From Okeania sp. (GTDB lineage: Bacteria; Cyanobacteriota; Cyanobacteriia; Cyanobacteriales; Microcoleaceae): a DNA stretch of 7,789 bases. Where the stretch lies: positions 1 to 7,789 of the forward strand of contig NZ_JAYKGW010000206.1 in the NCBI RefSeq assembly GCF_035285525.1, written 5' to 3'. The position numbers were made by a program, and so were the translations under genes. The notes under the pieces are model-generated. The model did no database searches. It was not told the origin of the DNA and saw only the letters and a program-made list of their open reading frames with translations. This document shows positions 1 to 6,689 of the stretch, in pieces (position 1 is the first letter of the stretch; each line of letters begins with the position of its first letter).

Positions 1-49
1 TATATTAAATACTTTGAGATTGAATCAGCAAACCCTAGTTATTTATAAA

Positions 50-141
50 CAGGACTTAGACAGCGACCATAGATATAGTGGTTAAAACTGTTGTGCAATA
101 GTTTTTTAACTCTATATATAGTACCTTGCCGTAAGTACCGA
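50..141. mobile_element. Degenerate copy of a ~92-bp MITE-like unit (CAGGACTTA... / ...GTAAGTACCGA) upstream of gene 1
   Basis: Colinear with 7074-7166, roughly 80-85% identical by hand alignment. Has the same internal palindrome, AAAACTGTTGTGCAATAGTTTT. The terminal inverted repeats are eroded here (about 7/14 matches). Confidence 0.5.
91..118 (+). promoter_or_regulatory. Candidate sigma70-type promoter inside the repeat unit (-35 TTGTGC 91-96, 16-nt spacer, -10 TATATA 113-118)
   Basis: The same arrangement is conserved upstream of the paralog (TTGCAC 7116-7121, 16 nt, TATATA 7138-7143). Hexamers match consensus only 3-4/6 and the region is AT-rich, so chance matches are likely. An alternative candidate is TTGACC 153-158, 17 nt, CAAAAT 176-181. 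Confidence 0.25.
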
Positions 142-144
142 ACG

Positions 145-184
145 AGTGAAATTTGACCAAAAACAGGAGATTTACCAAAATCAA
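145..184 (+). promoter_or_regulatory. Conserved 40-nt leader/upstream block shared by both paralogs (function unknown)
   Basis: AGTGAAATTTGACCAAAAACAGGAGATTTACCAAAATCAA matches 7174-7213 at 37/40. It contains a direct repeat, ATTT(G)ACCAAAA at 151-161 and 170-180. Only 4 nt separate it from the GAAAACTATG start context in gene 1. Confidence 0.35.
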
Positions 185-195
185 ACCAGAAAACT

Positions 196-3100
196 ATGAA
201 CAACAATATTACCCTTAATCTTCCTAACTACTATCTCAGGGAAAATTTATACCAAGGAATACGGACTTTGGTCTATCGTGGTCAACGAAACTGGGACCAG
301 AAGTTAGTCATTATCAAAATCTTACGGAATCCTCACCCCAGTTTCTATGAGTTAGTACAATTCCGCAACCAATATATAATTACTCGTCATCTGGAACATC
401 CGGCTATTGTTAAACCTCTAGCCTTTGAACGCTATGGCAATAGTTATGCTTTAGTTATGCCAGATTCAGGAGCGATCGCTCTCTCCAAGTATTGGCAAAA
501 CACGGTTCCCGATAAATCAGAACCAAATGTCAGTAATTTCCTCAACATCGCTATCCAACTAGCAGAAGTTCTCCACTATCTGACTCAACAGCGCATTATC
601 CACAAAGACATTAAACCCAGTAATATTCTCATCCATCCGGAAACTAAGGAAGTTCAACTCATCGACTTTAGTATCTCTACTCTATTACCCAAAGAACAGC
701 AACAATTAATTAGTCCTAATATTCTGGAAGGAACTCTTGCTTACATTTCCCCAGAGCAAACGGGACGGATGAACCGAGGGGTTGACTATCGGACAGATTT
801 TTATTCTCTGGGTGTGACATTGTTTGAGCTCCTCACAGGAAAGTTACCCTTTGAAAGCAAAGACCCTATGGAATTAGTTCATTGTCATATTGCTAAAACA
901 CCAACTTTATTAGGGAACAGGGAACAGGGAGTAGGGAGTAGTGTGGGAAGTGTGGGAAGTGTGGGAAGTGTGGGGAGTGGTAGAGAAATACCCCAAATGC
1001 TGATCGACATTGTACTGAAATTGATGGCAAAAAATGCCGAAGACCGTTATCAGAGTGCTTTGGGTTTGAAGCATGATTTAGAGAAATGTCTGCAACAGTT
1101 AGAAACTACAGGAGAAATTAGAGCCTTTGATTTGGGGGAACGGGATTTATGTGATCGCTTTATTATTCCGGAAAAACTCTATGGACGAGAAAGGGAAGTC
1201 AAAACTTTATTGGATGCTTTTGAGCGAATTAGTAATCCCCCCCAACCCCCCTTTGAAAGGGGGAAGTTACGCACACCGAACCCAGAAACCGGGTTTCTGC
1301 GAGTCAATCTCCCCCTCTCCTCCTCTCCCCGTCTTCTTCTAGTGGCAGGTTTTTCTGGGATTGGCAAAACTGCTGTTATTAATGAAGTTCATAAACCTAT
1401 AGTTCGGCAAAAGGGATATTTTATTAAAGGCAAATTTGACCAATTTAATCGCAATATTCCTTTTAGTGCTTTTGTGTCAGCTTTCCGAAATTTGATTAAT
1501 CAATTATTAGGAGAATCTGATACAAATTTAGCTGATTGGAAGAGAAAAATTCTGGAAGTTGTGAGAGAAAATGGTCAAGTTTTGATTGATGTAATTCCGG
1601 AATTAGAACTTATTATTGGTAAACAATCACCAGCTCCAGAACTTTCGGGTAGTGCCTTACAAAATCGTTTTAATCTATTATTTAGTAAATTTGTTAATAT
1701 TTTTACCACTAAAGAACATCCCTTAGTTATATTCTTAGATGATTTACAATGGGCAGATTCAGCTTCATTGAACTTATTAAAAGTGTTAATAAATGAATCA
1801 GAAACAGGTTATTTATTAATGTTAGGAGCTTATCGAGATAATGAAGTTTTTCCCGCTCATCCATTGATGCTAACTCTAGATGAAATTGAAAAAGAAAATG
1901 CCAAGATTAATACTATTATTCTGAATCCTTTAGATAAAAAAGATGTGACACAATTAGTTGCCGATACATTACTTTGTTCACCAGAAATTGCTGCACCTTT
2001 ATCTGAATTAGTGTATCAAAAAACGAGAGGAAATCCATTTTTTACTACTCAATTTTTAAAAGGATTGTATGAAGATGGGTGTATTAAACTTGATATGTCA
2101 ACAGGTTATTGGCAGTGCGATTTAGCAGAAGTAAAACAGTTAGCACTAACAGATGATGTGGTAGAGTTTATGGTAGGGAGGTTGCAAAAACTGCCTGAAG
2201 GAGATCGGCATGCACTAAAACTAGCTGCTTGTATTGGGAATGAATTTGACTTAGGGATATTAGCAGTTGTTTGTGAAACAAATCAAGATGAAGCAGCAGA
2301 CAATTTATGGGGAGGGTTGCAAGAAGGATTTGTGATTCCCAAGAGTGAAAGCTATAAATTTTTTCAAGGAGAAGAACAGCGAGAGAATAATGTTGAAAAT
2401 ATTTCAGTTAATTATTGTTTCTTGCATGATCGAGTTCAACAAGCTGCTTATTCTCTGATTCCTCCAGAGCAGAAACCAGCTACCCATTATCGTATTGGTC
2501 AACTGTTGCTGACAAAGCTTTCTGCAACGGAACAAGAGGAGAGACTTTTTGATATTGTCAACCACCTCAATTTTGGCAAATCTCTGATCAATGATAAAAG
2601 TGAACAAGAGGAACTAGCACAACTGAACTTAACTGCGGGTCAAAAAGCTACATCTGCAACAGCTTATCAAGCTGCCATTGAGTATCTAGAAACAGGTATT
2701 AATTTACTAGGAAAAGATGCTTGGGTGAATCAATATAATTTGACTTTAAATTTGTATCGTCATTTAGCAGAAGCTCAGTTAAGTGATGCCAACTACGAAG
2801 AATTGGAGCAGACTCTGGCGATTGCTTTACAACAGGTGACTTCTCCTATAGATTTAGCAGATTTTTATCGTATTCAAGTTCTTAAATTTACTCTAGAAAG
2901 TAAATTTGTCGAAGCAATAGAGGCAGGTTTAATAGGGTTAAAAAATCTGGGAATAGAGATTAATTCCCATAATGTGACTCAGCTAGTTGAGTCAAAGTTG
3001 GCTTCTGTTAACCAAAGTTTGAAAGAACGCTCTATCTTGTCACTATTAGATTTATCGACAACAGTCGAACCATCTATTCAAGCAATAATTAAATTGCTAA

Positions 3101-6100
3101 TTTCTCTAGATTCAGCAACATATTTGACCTCCAATATTGAACTTTACAGTTTGATCTCTTTAAAAGCAGTTTGCCTGTCAATTAAATATGGAAATATTCC
3201 TGAGTCAATCAAAGCTTATGTCAACTATGGATTAGTTCTAGTATTCCAAGAGCAGTATCAAAAAGCTTATCAGTTCGGAGATTTAGCTATGCAATTAAGT
3301 TACAAACTCAACAGTCAATCTCAGGAGTGTCAAGTTAAATTCATGTTGGGAGCTTTGATTCGTTCTTGGGCAAAACCAATAAAAGGAACAGCAAGTCTAA
3401 ATTATGAAGGTTTTTTAGCAGGACTAGAATCTGGAGAAATTCAATATGCTGCTTATAACTTATTCACTAATATTCTCAATCAATTATTCTCAGGAGAAAA
3501 TTTAGCAACAGTTTCCTCAGATATAGAAAAATATGAGTTGCTAGCAGATAAAGTTCAGAACCGACTTTTGCAAACAATGTTAGCAGCAGCCAAAATCTTT
3601 GTCACCAAGCTCTGCTTAGATCGAGAGGCAATGATTGAAATTGAAAAAACAATCAATTATATAGAAGAATCCCAAGTATTACTTTCAACTTGTATCTATT
3701 ACATTTTCAGAATGCACCTTTCCTGTTTAACAGGAAACTTTAAAGTTGGTTTAAATTACAGAACCAAAGCCGAACAGATTCTTGGTTATGCAAATGGTTT
3801 TGTAACCTTTAGTGGTTACTATTATTATGGTTCTCTGATTTTACTCAACTTGTATTCTGATATGTCTGCGGAAGAACAGAACAATGCTTGGCAGCAAATA
3901 GAATCAAATCAGCAGCAGCTCAAAATTTGGTCAGATAACTGTTCCGAAAACTTTCTACATAAGTATCTTTTAGTTGAAGCAGAGAAATGTCGGTGTCTAG
4001 ATCAAAAATTGTTAGCGATTGAGCTATATGATAGTGCTATTGCCGAAGCTCAAAATAACGACTACATCCAAGAAGAAGCTTTAGCTAACGAAATGGCAGC
4101 CAAATTTTACCTAGACTGGGGTAAGGAAAATTTTGCTGTGGGATATATGCTATCAGCTTATAATTGTTACGCTCGTTGGGGAGCTAAAGCCAAAACTGAT
4201 AACCTAGAAAAACGCTATCCCCAATTACTCCAACCTATTCTCCAGCAAAGAGTTCCATCTCCTAATTTCTTGCATACTCTAACAAATATTGCTCAACCTA
4301 ACCTGTCGATTCACTCCTCCCCAACCTTAACTCACTACTCTACAACAATCAATACCACCCTTGATTTCGCTACAGTGTTAAAATCTTCTCAAGCGCTTTC
4401 AGAAATTATCGAACTTGATGAACTTCTCTATCAACTGAGCCAGATTATCCTAGAAAATTCTGGTGGCGATCACTGCCTGATTCTGATACCTGATCACAAT
4501 AATGTATGGCAAATCAGAGCTACTGCTACCACAGATAGTACCAAACTCTGTACCGAACTCCTAGACAACAATCCTAGCTTACCAGTTAAACTGATTCAAT
4601 ACGTTAAAAATACTGAAGAAGTATTAGTTATTAACAATCTTAATACGGACTTACCAATAATTGATGACTATCTGCACCAAAATCAACCCCAAAGTATATT
4701 GTGTTTACCGATGCTAAATCAGGGAAAATTGATAGGAATTCTATATTTACAAAATCAACTTACCCGTGAGGTGTTTACCAAAGATCGTATTCTCATACTC
4801 AACTTTCTTTGTAACCAAGCTGCAATTTCAATTAAAAATGCTCAACTACATCAGAAGTCGGAATTATCACTACAACAAGTCAAACAATCCCAAAACTTCC
4901 TGAGAAAAGTTATAGATGCGATTCCCCAAGCCGTTTTCTGGAAAGACAGAAACTCAAATTATTTAGGATGTAATCAAAAATTTGCTACCATAGCAGGTGT
5001 TAATTCTCCAGAAAATATTGTTGGTAAAAATGATTATGATTTGCCTTGGAGTCAAGAGGAATCTGACTTCTTTCGAGAATGTGACCGCCGTGTGATGAAA
5101 TCTAAGCAACCTGAACTACATATTCTTCAAAAACAAAGTCAGGTTGATGATACAACAATATGGTTAGATACAAACAAAATTCCACTATCTGACGAAAATG
5201 GAAAAGTATACGGAATTTTAGGTACCTATGAGAATATAAGTGAGCGCATAAGAATGGAACAAGAGCAAAAACGTCTCACTGATATTTTAGAAGCAACTTC
5301 TGATTATGTTGGCATTGCAGATACTGAAGGAACTATGCTATGGATGAATACAGAATTTAAAAAACTACGGCCAGAACTACATTATGAAGATAACTCATTT
5401 AAGTTGACAGAAAACCATCCCCAGTGGGCAAATGAAATCATTCTTAATCAAGGCATTCCTATAGCTACTCGTGATGGAATATGGTTTGGGCAAACAGCAG
5501 TTATAAATTCAAAAGGAGGAGAAATTCTAGTTTCCCAAGCTATTATTGCTCACAAATCTACTGATGGAGTGGCAGAATATTTTTCGACTATCATGCGGGA
5601 TATTACTCAGATTAAGGCGACAGAAACTGCCCTGAGAGACAAATCTGAAGCTTTAGAGCAAGCACTTGAATACCTAAAAAAAACCCAGTTGCAAATGGTG
5701 CAAACTGAAAAAATGTCTTCTTTAGGTCAAATGGTAGCCGGGATTGCCCATGAAATCAATAATCCTATTACCTTTATTGCTGGTAATATCACTTATGCTC
5801 GCCAATATTTCCAGGACTTATTAGAACTAATCAATCTTTATGAAGAAACCTTATCTGTTCCTACTGCTGCTATAAAAGACAAATTAGAAGAGATAGATTT
5901 AGAATTTTTATCTGAGGATATACACAAAATATTTGATTCTATGGAAACAGGAACCGAACGCACAAGGAAAATTGTTCTGGGTTTGCGGAACTTCTCCCGA
6001 CTGGATGAATCCCAAAGAAAACTGGTAGACATCCATGATGGATTAGAGAATACTTTAATGATTTTGCAACATCGCCTCCGAGGTAATAGGTCTTACCCAG

Positions 6101-6489
6101 AGATTAGGATAGTAAAAAACTATGGTCAATTACCTCCGGTTAACTGTTATCCCAGTCAACTTAATCAAGTATTTCTGAATATTCTCACCAACTCTATTGA
6201 TGCCTTAATTACTTTTAAGACCAGGGATTCTCCTCAAATTAATATCACTAGCGAAATGCTAGATGCTCAAACAGCAAGAATTTTCATTGCGGACAATGGG
6301 CCAGGAATGAGTGAGAGGGTTCAACAACGTATTTTTGACCCTTTCTTCACTACTAAGCCAGTTGGTCAAGGAACTGGTCTGGGTTTGTCTATTAGTTACC
6401 AAATAGTTACAGAGCAACATGGAGGTCAATTGCAGTGTTTTTCGGAAATAGGACAAGGTACTAAGTTTATGATAGAGATACCAATTTAA
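196..6489 (+). CDS. Giant multidomain sensor: Ser/Thr protein kinase - P-loop (AAA_16/STAND-like) NTPase - helical TPR-like region - GAF - PAS - PAS - histidine kinase (HisKA + HATPase_c); HstK-type dual kinase
   Basis: Uninterrupted 2097-codon ORF. Motifs read from the translation: VIIK (K41), HKDIKPSN, DFS, SPEQ (kinase); GFSGIGKT and VIFLDDLQWAD (Walker A/B); GAF-like block LDFATVLKSSQALSEII...LCLPMLNQGKLIGILYLQN; two PAS blocks; H-box AGIAHEINNP; N-box QVFLNILTNSIDA; DNGPGM; GQGTGLGLS. The start is supported by the near-identical N-terminus of the downstream paralog (MNNNI[T/M]LNLPNYY). TAA stop at 6487-6489. Confidence 0.95.
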   Translation: MNNNITLNLPNYYLRENLYQGIRTLVYRGQRNWDQKLVIIKILRNPHPSFYELVQFRNQYIITRHLEHPAIVKPLAFERYGNSYALVMPDSGAIALSKYWQNTVPDKSEPNVSNFLNIAIQLAEVLHYLTQQRIIHKDIKPSNILIHPETKEVQLIDFSISTLLPKEQQQLISPNILEGTLAYISPEQTGRMNRGVDYRTDFYSLGVTLFELLTGKLPFESKDPMELVHCHIAKTPTLLGNREQGVGSSVGSVGSVGSVGSGREIPQMLIDIVLKLMAKNAEDRYQSALGLKHDLEKCLQQLETTGEIRAFDLGERDLCDRFIIPEKLYGREREVKTLLDAFERISNPPQPPFERGKLRTPNPETGFLRVNLPLSSSPRLLLVAGFSGIGKTAVINEVHKPIVRQKGYFIKGKFDQFNRNIPFSAFVSAFRNLINQLLGESDTNLADWKRKILEVVRENGQVLIDVIPELELIIGKQSPAPELSGSALQNRFNLLFSKFVNIFTTKEHPLVIFLDDLQWADSASLNLLKVLINESETGYLLMLGAYRDNEVFPAHPLMLTLDEIEKENAKINTIILNPLDKKDVTQLVADTLLCSPEIAAPLSELVYQKTRGNPFFTTQFLKGLYEDGCIKLDMSTGYWQCDLAEVKQLALTDDVVEFMVGRLQKLPEGDRHALKLAACIGNEFDLGILAVVCETNQDEAADNLWGGLQEGFVIPKSESYKFFQGEEQRENNVENISVNYCFLHDRVQQAAYSLIPPEQKPATHYRIGQLLLTKLSATEQEERLFDIVNHLNFGKSLINDKSEQEELAQLNLTAGQKATSATAYQAAIEYLETGINLLGKDAWVNQYNLTLNLYRHLAEAQLSDANYEELEQTLAIALQQVTSPIDLADFYRIQVLKFTLESKFVEAIEAGLIGLKNLGIEINSHNVTQLVESKLASVNQSLKERSILSLLDLSTTVEPSIQAIIKLLISLDSATYLTSNIELYSLISLKAVCLSIKYGNIPESIKAYVNYGLVLVFQEQYQKAYQFGDLAMQLSYKLNSQSQECQVKFMLGALIRSWAKPIKGTASLNYEGFLAGLESGEIQYAAYNLFTNILNQLFSGENLATVSSDIEKYELLADKVQNRLLQTMLAAAKIFVTKLCLDREAMIEIEKTINYIEESQVLLSTCIYYIFRMHLSCLTGNFKVGLNYRTKAEQILGYANGFVTFSGYYYYGSLILLNLYSDMSAEEQNNAWQQIESNQQQLKIWSDNCSENFLHKYLLVEAEKCRCLDQKLLAIELYDSAIAEAQNNDYIQEEALANEMAAKFYLDWGKENFAVGYMLSAYNCYARWGAKAKTDNLEKRYPQLLQPILQQRVPSPNFLHTLTNIAQPNLSIHSSPTLTHYSTTINTTLDFATVLKSSQALSEIIELDELLYQLSQIILENSGGDHCLILIPDHNNVWQIRATATTDSTKLCTELLDNNPSLPVKLIQYVKNTEEVLVINNLNTDLPIIDDYLHQNQPQSILCLPMLNQGKLIGILYLQNQLTREVFTKDRILILNFLCNQAAISIKNAQLHQKSELSLQQVKQSQNFLRKVIDAIPQAVFWKDRNSNYLGCNQKFATIAGVNSPENIVGKNDYDLPWSQEESDFFRECDRRVMKSKQPELHILQKQSQVDDTTIWLDTNKIPLSDENGKVYGILGTYENISERIRMEQEQKRLTDILEATSDYVGIADTEGTMLWMNTEFKKLRPELHYEDNSFKLTENHPQWANEIILNQGIPIATRDGIWFGQTAVINSKGGEILVSQAIIAHKSTDGVAEYFSTIMRDITQIKATETALRDKSEALEQALEYLKKTQLQMVQTEKMSSLGQMVAGIAHEINNPITFIAGNITYARQYFQDLLELINLYEETLSVPTAAIKDKLEEIDLEFLSEDIHKIFDSMETGTERTRKIVLGLRNFSRLDESQRKLVDIHDGLENTLMILQHRLRGNRSYPEIRIVKNYGQLPPVNCYPSQLNQVFLNILTNSIDALITFKTRDSPQINITSEMLDAQTARIFIADNGPGMSERVQQRIFDPFFTTKPVGQGTGLGLSISYQIVTEQHGGQLQCFSEIGQGTKFMIEIPI
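472..479. repeat. HIP1 octamer GCGATCGC (single exact copy)
   Basis: Exact GCGATCGC read at 472-479 inside the CDS. HIP1 is a cyanobacterial hallmark palindrome. Only one exact copy is present in the window. Confidence 0.8.
913..980. repeat. STRR-like tandem repeat tract inside the CDS: GGGAACA x2, GGGAGTA x2, GTGTGGGAA x4 (last copy GTGTGGGGA)
   Basis: Direct reading gives heptamers at 913-919, 920-926, 927-933 and 934-940, and nonamers at 941-949, 950-958, 959-967 and 968-976. It is translated in frame as GNREQGVGSSVGSVGSVGSVGSG (aa 240-262). Confidence 0.9.
1168..1875 (+). other. P-loop NTPase module (AAA_16 / STAND-like), aa ~325-560
   Basis: Walker A GFSGIGKT at 1348-1371. Walker B-like hhhhDD VIFLDDLQWAD at 1726-1758. 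Followed by LGAYRDNE and RGNPFF motifs typical of AAA_16-type ATPases fused to kinases or LuxR/MalT-like regulators. Confidence 0.85.
1234..1332. repeat. GC-rich, hairpin-containing low-complexity segment inside the CDS (probable dispersed-repeat insertion, in frame)
   Basis: Palindrome CCCCCTTTGAAAGGGGG at 1247-1263. Hairpin CAGAAACC-G-GGTTTCTG at 1283-1299. C/T-rich tail CTCCCCCTCTCCTCCTCTCCCC. All three local reading frames listed in the ORF track are open here. Encodes NPPQPPFERGKLRTPNPETGFLRVNLPLSSSPR immediately before the Walker A strand. Confidence 0.7.
1990..4230 (+). other. Long alpha-helical, TPR-like repeat region (aa ~600-1345)
   Basis: Leu/Ala/Tyr-rich helical-looking sequence with recurring A-x-x-Y/A-x-E-Y-type segments (ATAYQAAIEYLETGI, YQKAYQFGDLAMQL, LLAIELYDSAIAEAQ, EALANEMAAKFYLDWG). 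Assigned from composition and family architecture, not a profile search. Confidence 0.5.
4357..4839 (+). other. GAF domain (aa ~1388-1548)
   Basis: LDFATVLKSSQALSEIIELDELLYQLSQIILENSGGDHCLILI ... SILCLPMLNQGKLIGILYLQNQ ... FLCNQAAISIKNAQL. This is the typical GAF pattern found in this protein family. Confidence 0.8.
4882..5241 (+). other. PAS domain 1 (aa ~1563-1682)
   Basis: FLRKVIDAIPQAVFWKDRNSNYLGCNQKFATIAG ... GKNDYDLPW ... WLDTNKIPLSDENGKVYGILGTYENISERI. Classical PAS fold signature. Confidence 0.75.
5257..5610 (+). other. PAS domain 2 (aa ~1688-1805)
   Basis: LTDILEATSDYVGIADTEGTMLWMNTEFKKL ... GIWFGQTAVINSKGGEILVSQAIIAHKSTDGVAEYFSTIMRDITQIK. Confidence 0.7.
5698..6486 (+). other. Histidine kinase transmitter: DHp/HisKA (H1852) plus HATPase_c
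   Basis: Coiled-coil lead-in LKKTQLQMVQTEKMSSLGQMVAGIAHEINNP, with the phospho-acceptor His codon CAT at 5749-5751. N-box NILTNSIDA, G1 DNGPGM, F-box FDPFFTTK, G2 GQGTGLGLS. No receiver domain follows. Confidence 0.9.
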
Positions 6490-6537
6490 TCTAGGGTTGG
6501 CTTTAAGTCAGAATTCAGGGTAATCATAAAAAAGTAG

Positions 6538-6563
6538 GTTGGGTTGAGGTATCGAAACCCAAC
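6538..6563. repeat. Small hairpin repeat GTTGGGTT-N10-AACCCAAC (copy 1)
   Basis: 8-bp perfect stem 6538-6545 / 6556-6563 with loop GAGGTATCGA. Identical copy at 6625-6650; variant copy at 6861-6885. Confidence 0.85.
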
Positions 6564-6574
6564 TCAAGTATATT

Positions 6575-6595
6575 CAGAATCCAGAATCCAGAATT
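6575..6595. repeat. Heptamer tract CAGAATC x3 (last copy CAGAATT)
   Basis: Read directly at 6575-6581, 6582-6588 and 6589-6595. A lone CAGAATT also sits at 6509-6515. Confidence 0.9.
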
Positions 6596-6624
6596 CTCAA
6601 TTCAGGGTAATCATAGAAAAGTAG

Positions 6625-6650
6625 GTTGGGTTGAGGTATCGAAACCCAAC
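6625..6650. repeat. Small hairpin repeat GTTGGGTT-N10-AACCCAAC (copy 2)
   Basis: Stem 6625-6632 / 6643-6650. Lies within the second 87-bp unit. Confidence 0.85.
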
Positions 6651-6661
6651 TCAAATAAATT

Positions 6662-6689
6662 CAGAATCCAGAATCCAGAATCCAGAATT
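6662..6689. repeat. Heptamer tract CAGAATC x4 (last copy CAGAATT)
   Basis: Read directly at 6662-6668, 6669-6675, 6676-6682 and 6683-6689. This is one copy more than the tract in the sister 87-bp unit. Confidence 0.9.

Larger units (their letters stand above)
232..1086 (+). other. Ser/Thr protein kinase (Hanks-type) catalytic domain, aa ~13-297
   Basis: K41 (316-318), catalytic loop H136-K-D138-I-K-P-S-N (601-624), D157-F-S (664-672), GTLAYISPEQ activation/P+1 segment, and C-lobe ending AEDRYQS. By recall it aligns colinearly with M. tuberculosis PknB (K40/D138/D156). Confidence 0.9.

Noticed and set aside
85-108. Hairpin AAAACTGTTGTGCAATAGTTTT followed by T-run as an intrinsic terminator (also at 7108-7132)
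   Set aside because: The stem is almost entirely A-T with a 2-4-nt loop, and the T-run is itself part of the stem. It is probably too weak to terminate efficiently. It also overlaps the candidate promoter, so it is reported only as the core palindrome of the repeat unit.
121-139. NtcA-like site (GTA-N8-TAC) in GTACCTTGCCGTAAGTACC
   Set aside because: The spacing yields GTA-N8-TAA, not TAC. The motif belongs to the terminal repeat of the MITE-like unit, so its recurrence at 7147-7165 is explained by the repeat.
165-169. AGGAG as a Shine-Dalgarno sequence for gene 1
   Set aside because: It lies 26 nt upstream of the ATG, too far for an RBS. In the paralog the same motif (7194-7198) is more than 440 nt from the start. 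It is conserved as part of the leader block, and its function is unknown.
1127-1342. 71-aa ORF on the + strand overlapping the big CDS in another frame
   Set aside because: It lies entirely inside the 2097-aa gene. It is open only because of the GC-rich repeat-like segment at 1234-1332, and its product is low-complexity and Pro-rich with no recognisable motifs.
1179-1367. 62-aa antisense ORF (contains RNPVSGF and GGWGG)
   Set aside because: It has the same cause as the 1127-1342 ORF. This is the typical spurious translation of a cyanobacterial hairpin repeat, and it has no independent start context.
2404-2607. 67-aa antisense ORF inside the CDS
   Set aside because: It is short, lies antisense to a strongly supported gene, has no motifs, and is the kind of ORF expected by chance in AT-rich DNA. 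The same reasoning applies to 5838-6032 and 6259-6456.
196-6489. Interpreting the STAND-like NTPase fusion as an anti-phage or otherwise novel defence system
   Set aside because: The domain order matches a long-known cyanobacterial signalling family. There are no nuclease, TIR, Sir2, protease or other effector domains and no accessory genes in the window. Nothing in the sequence supports a defence role.
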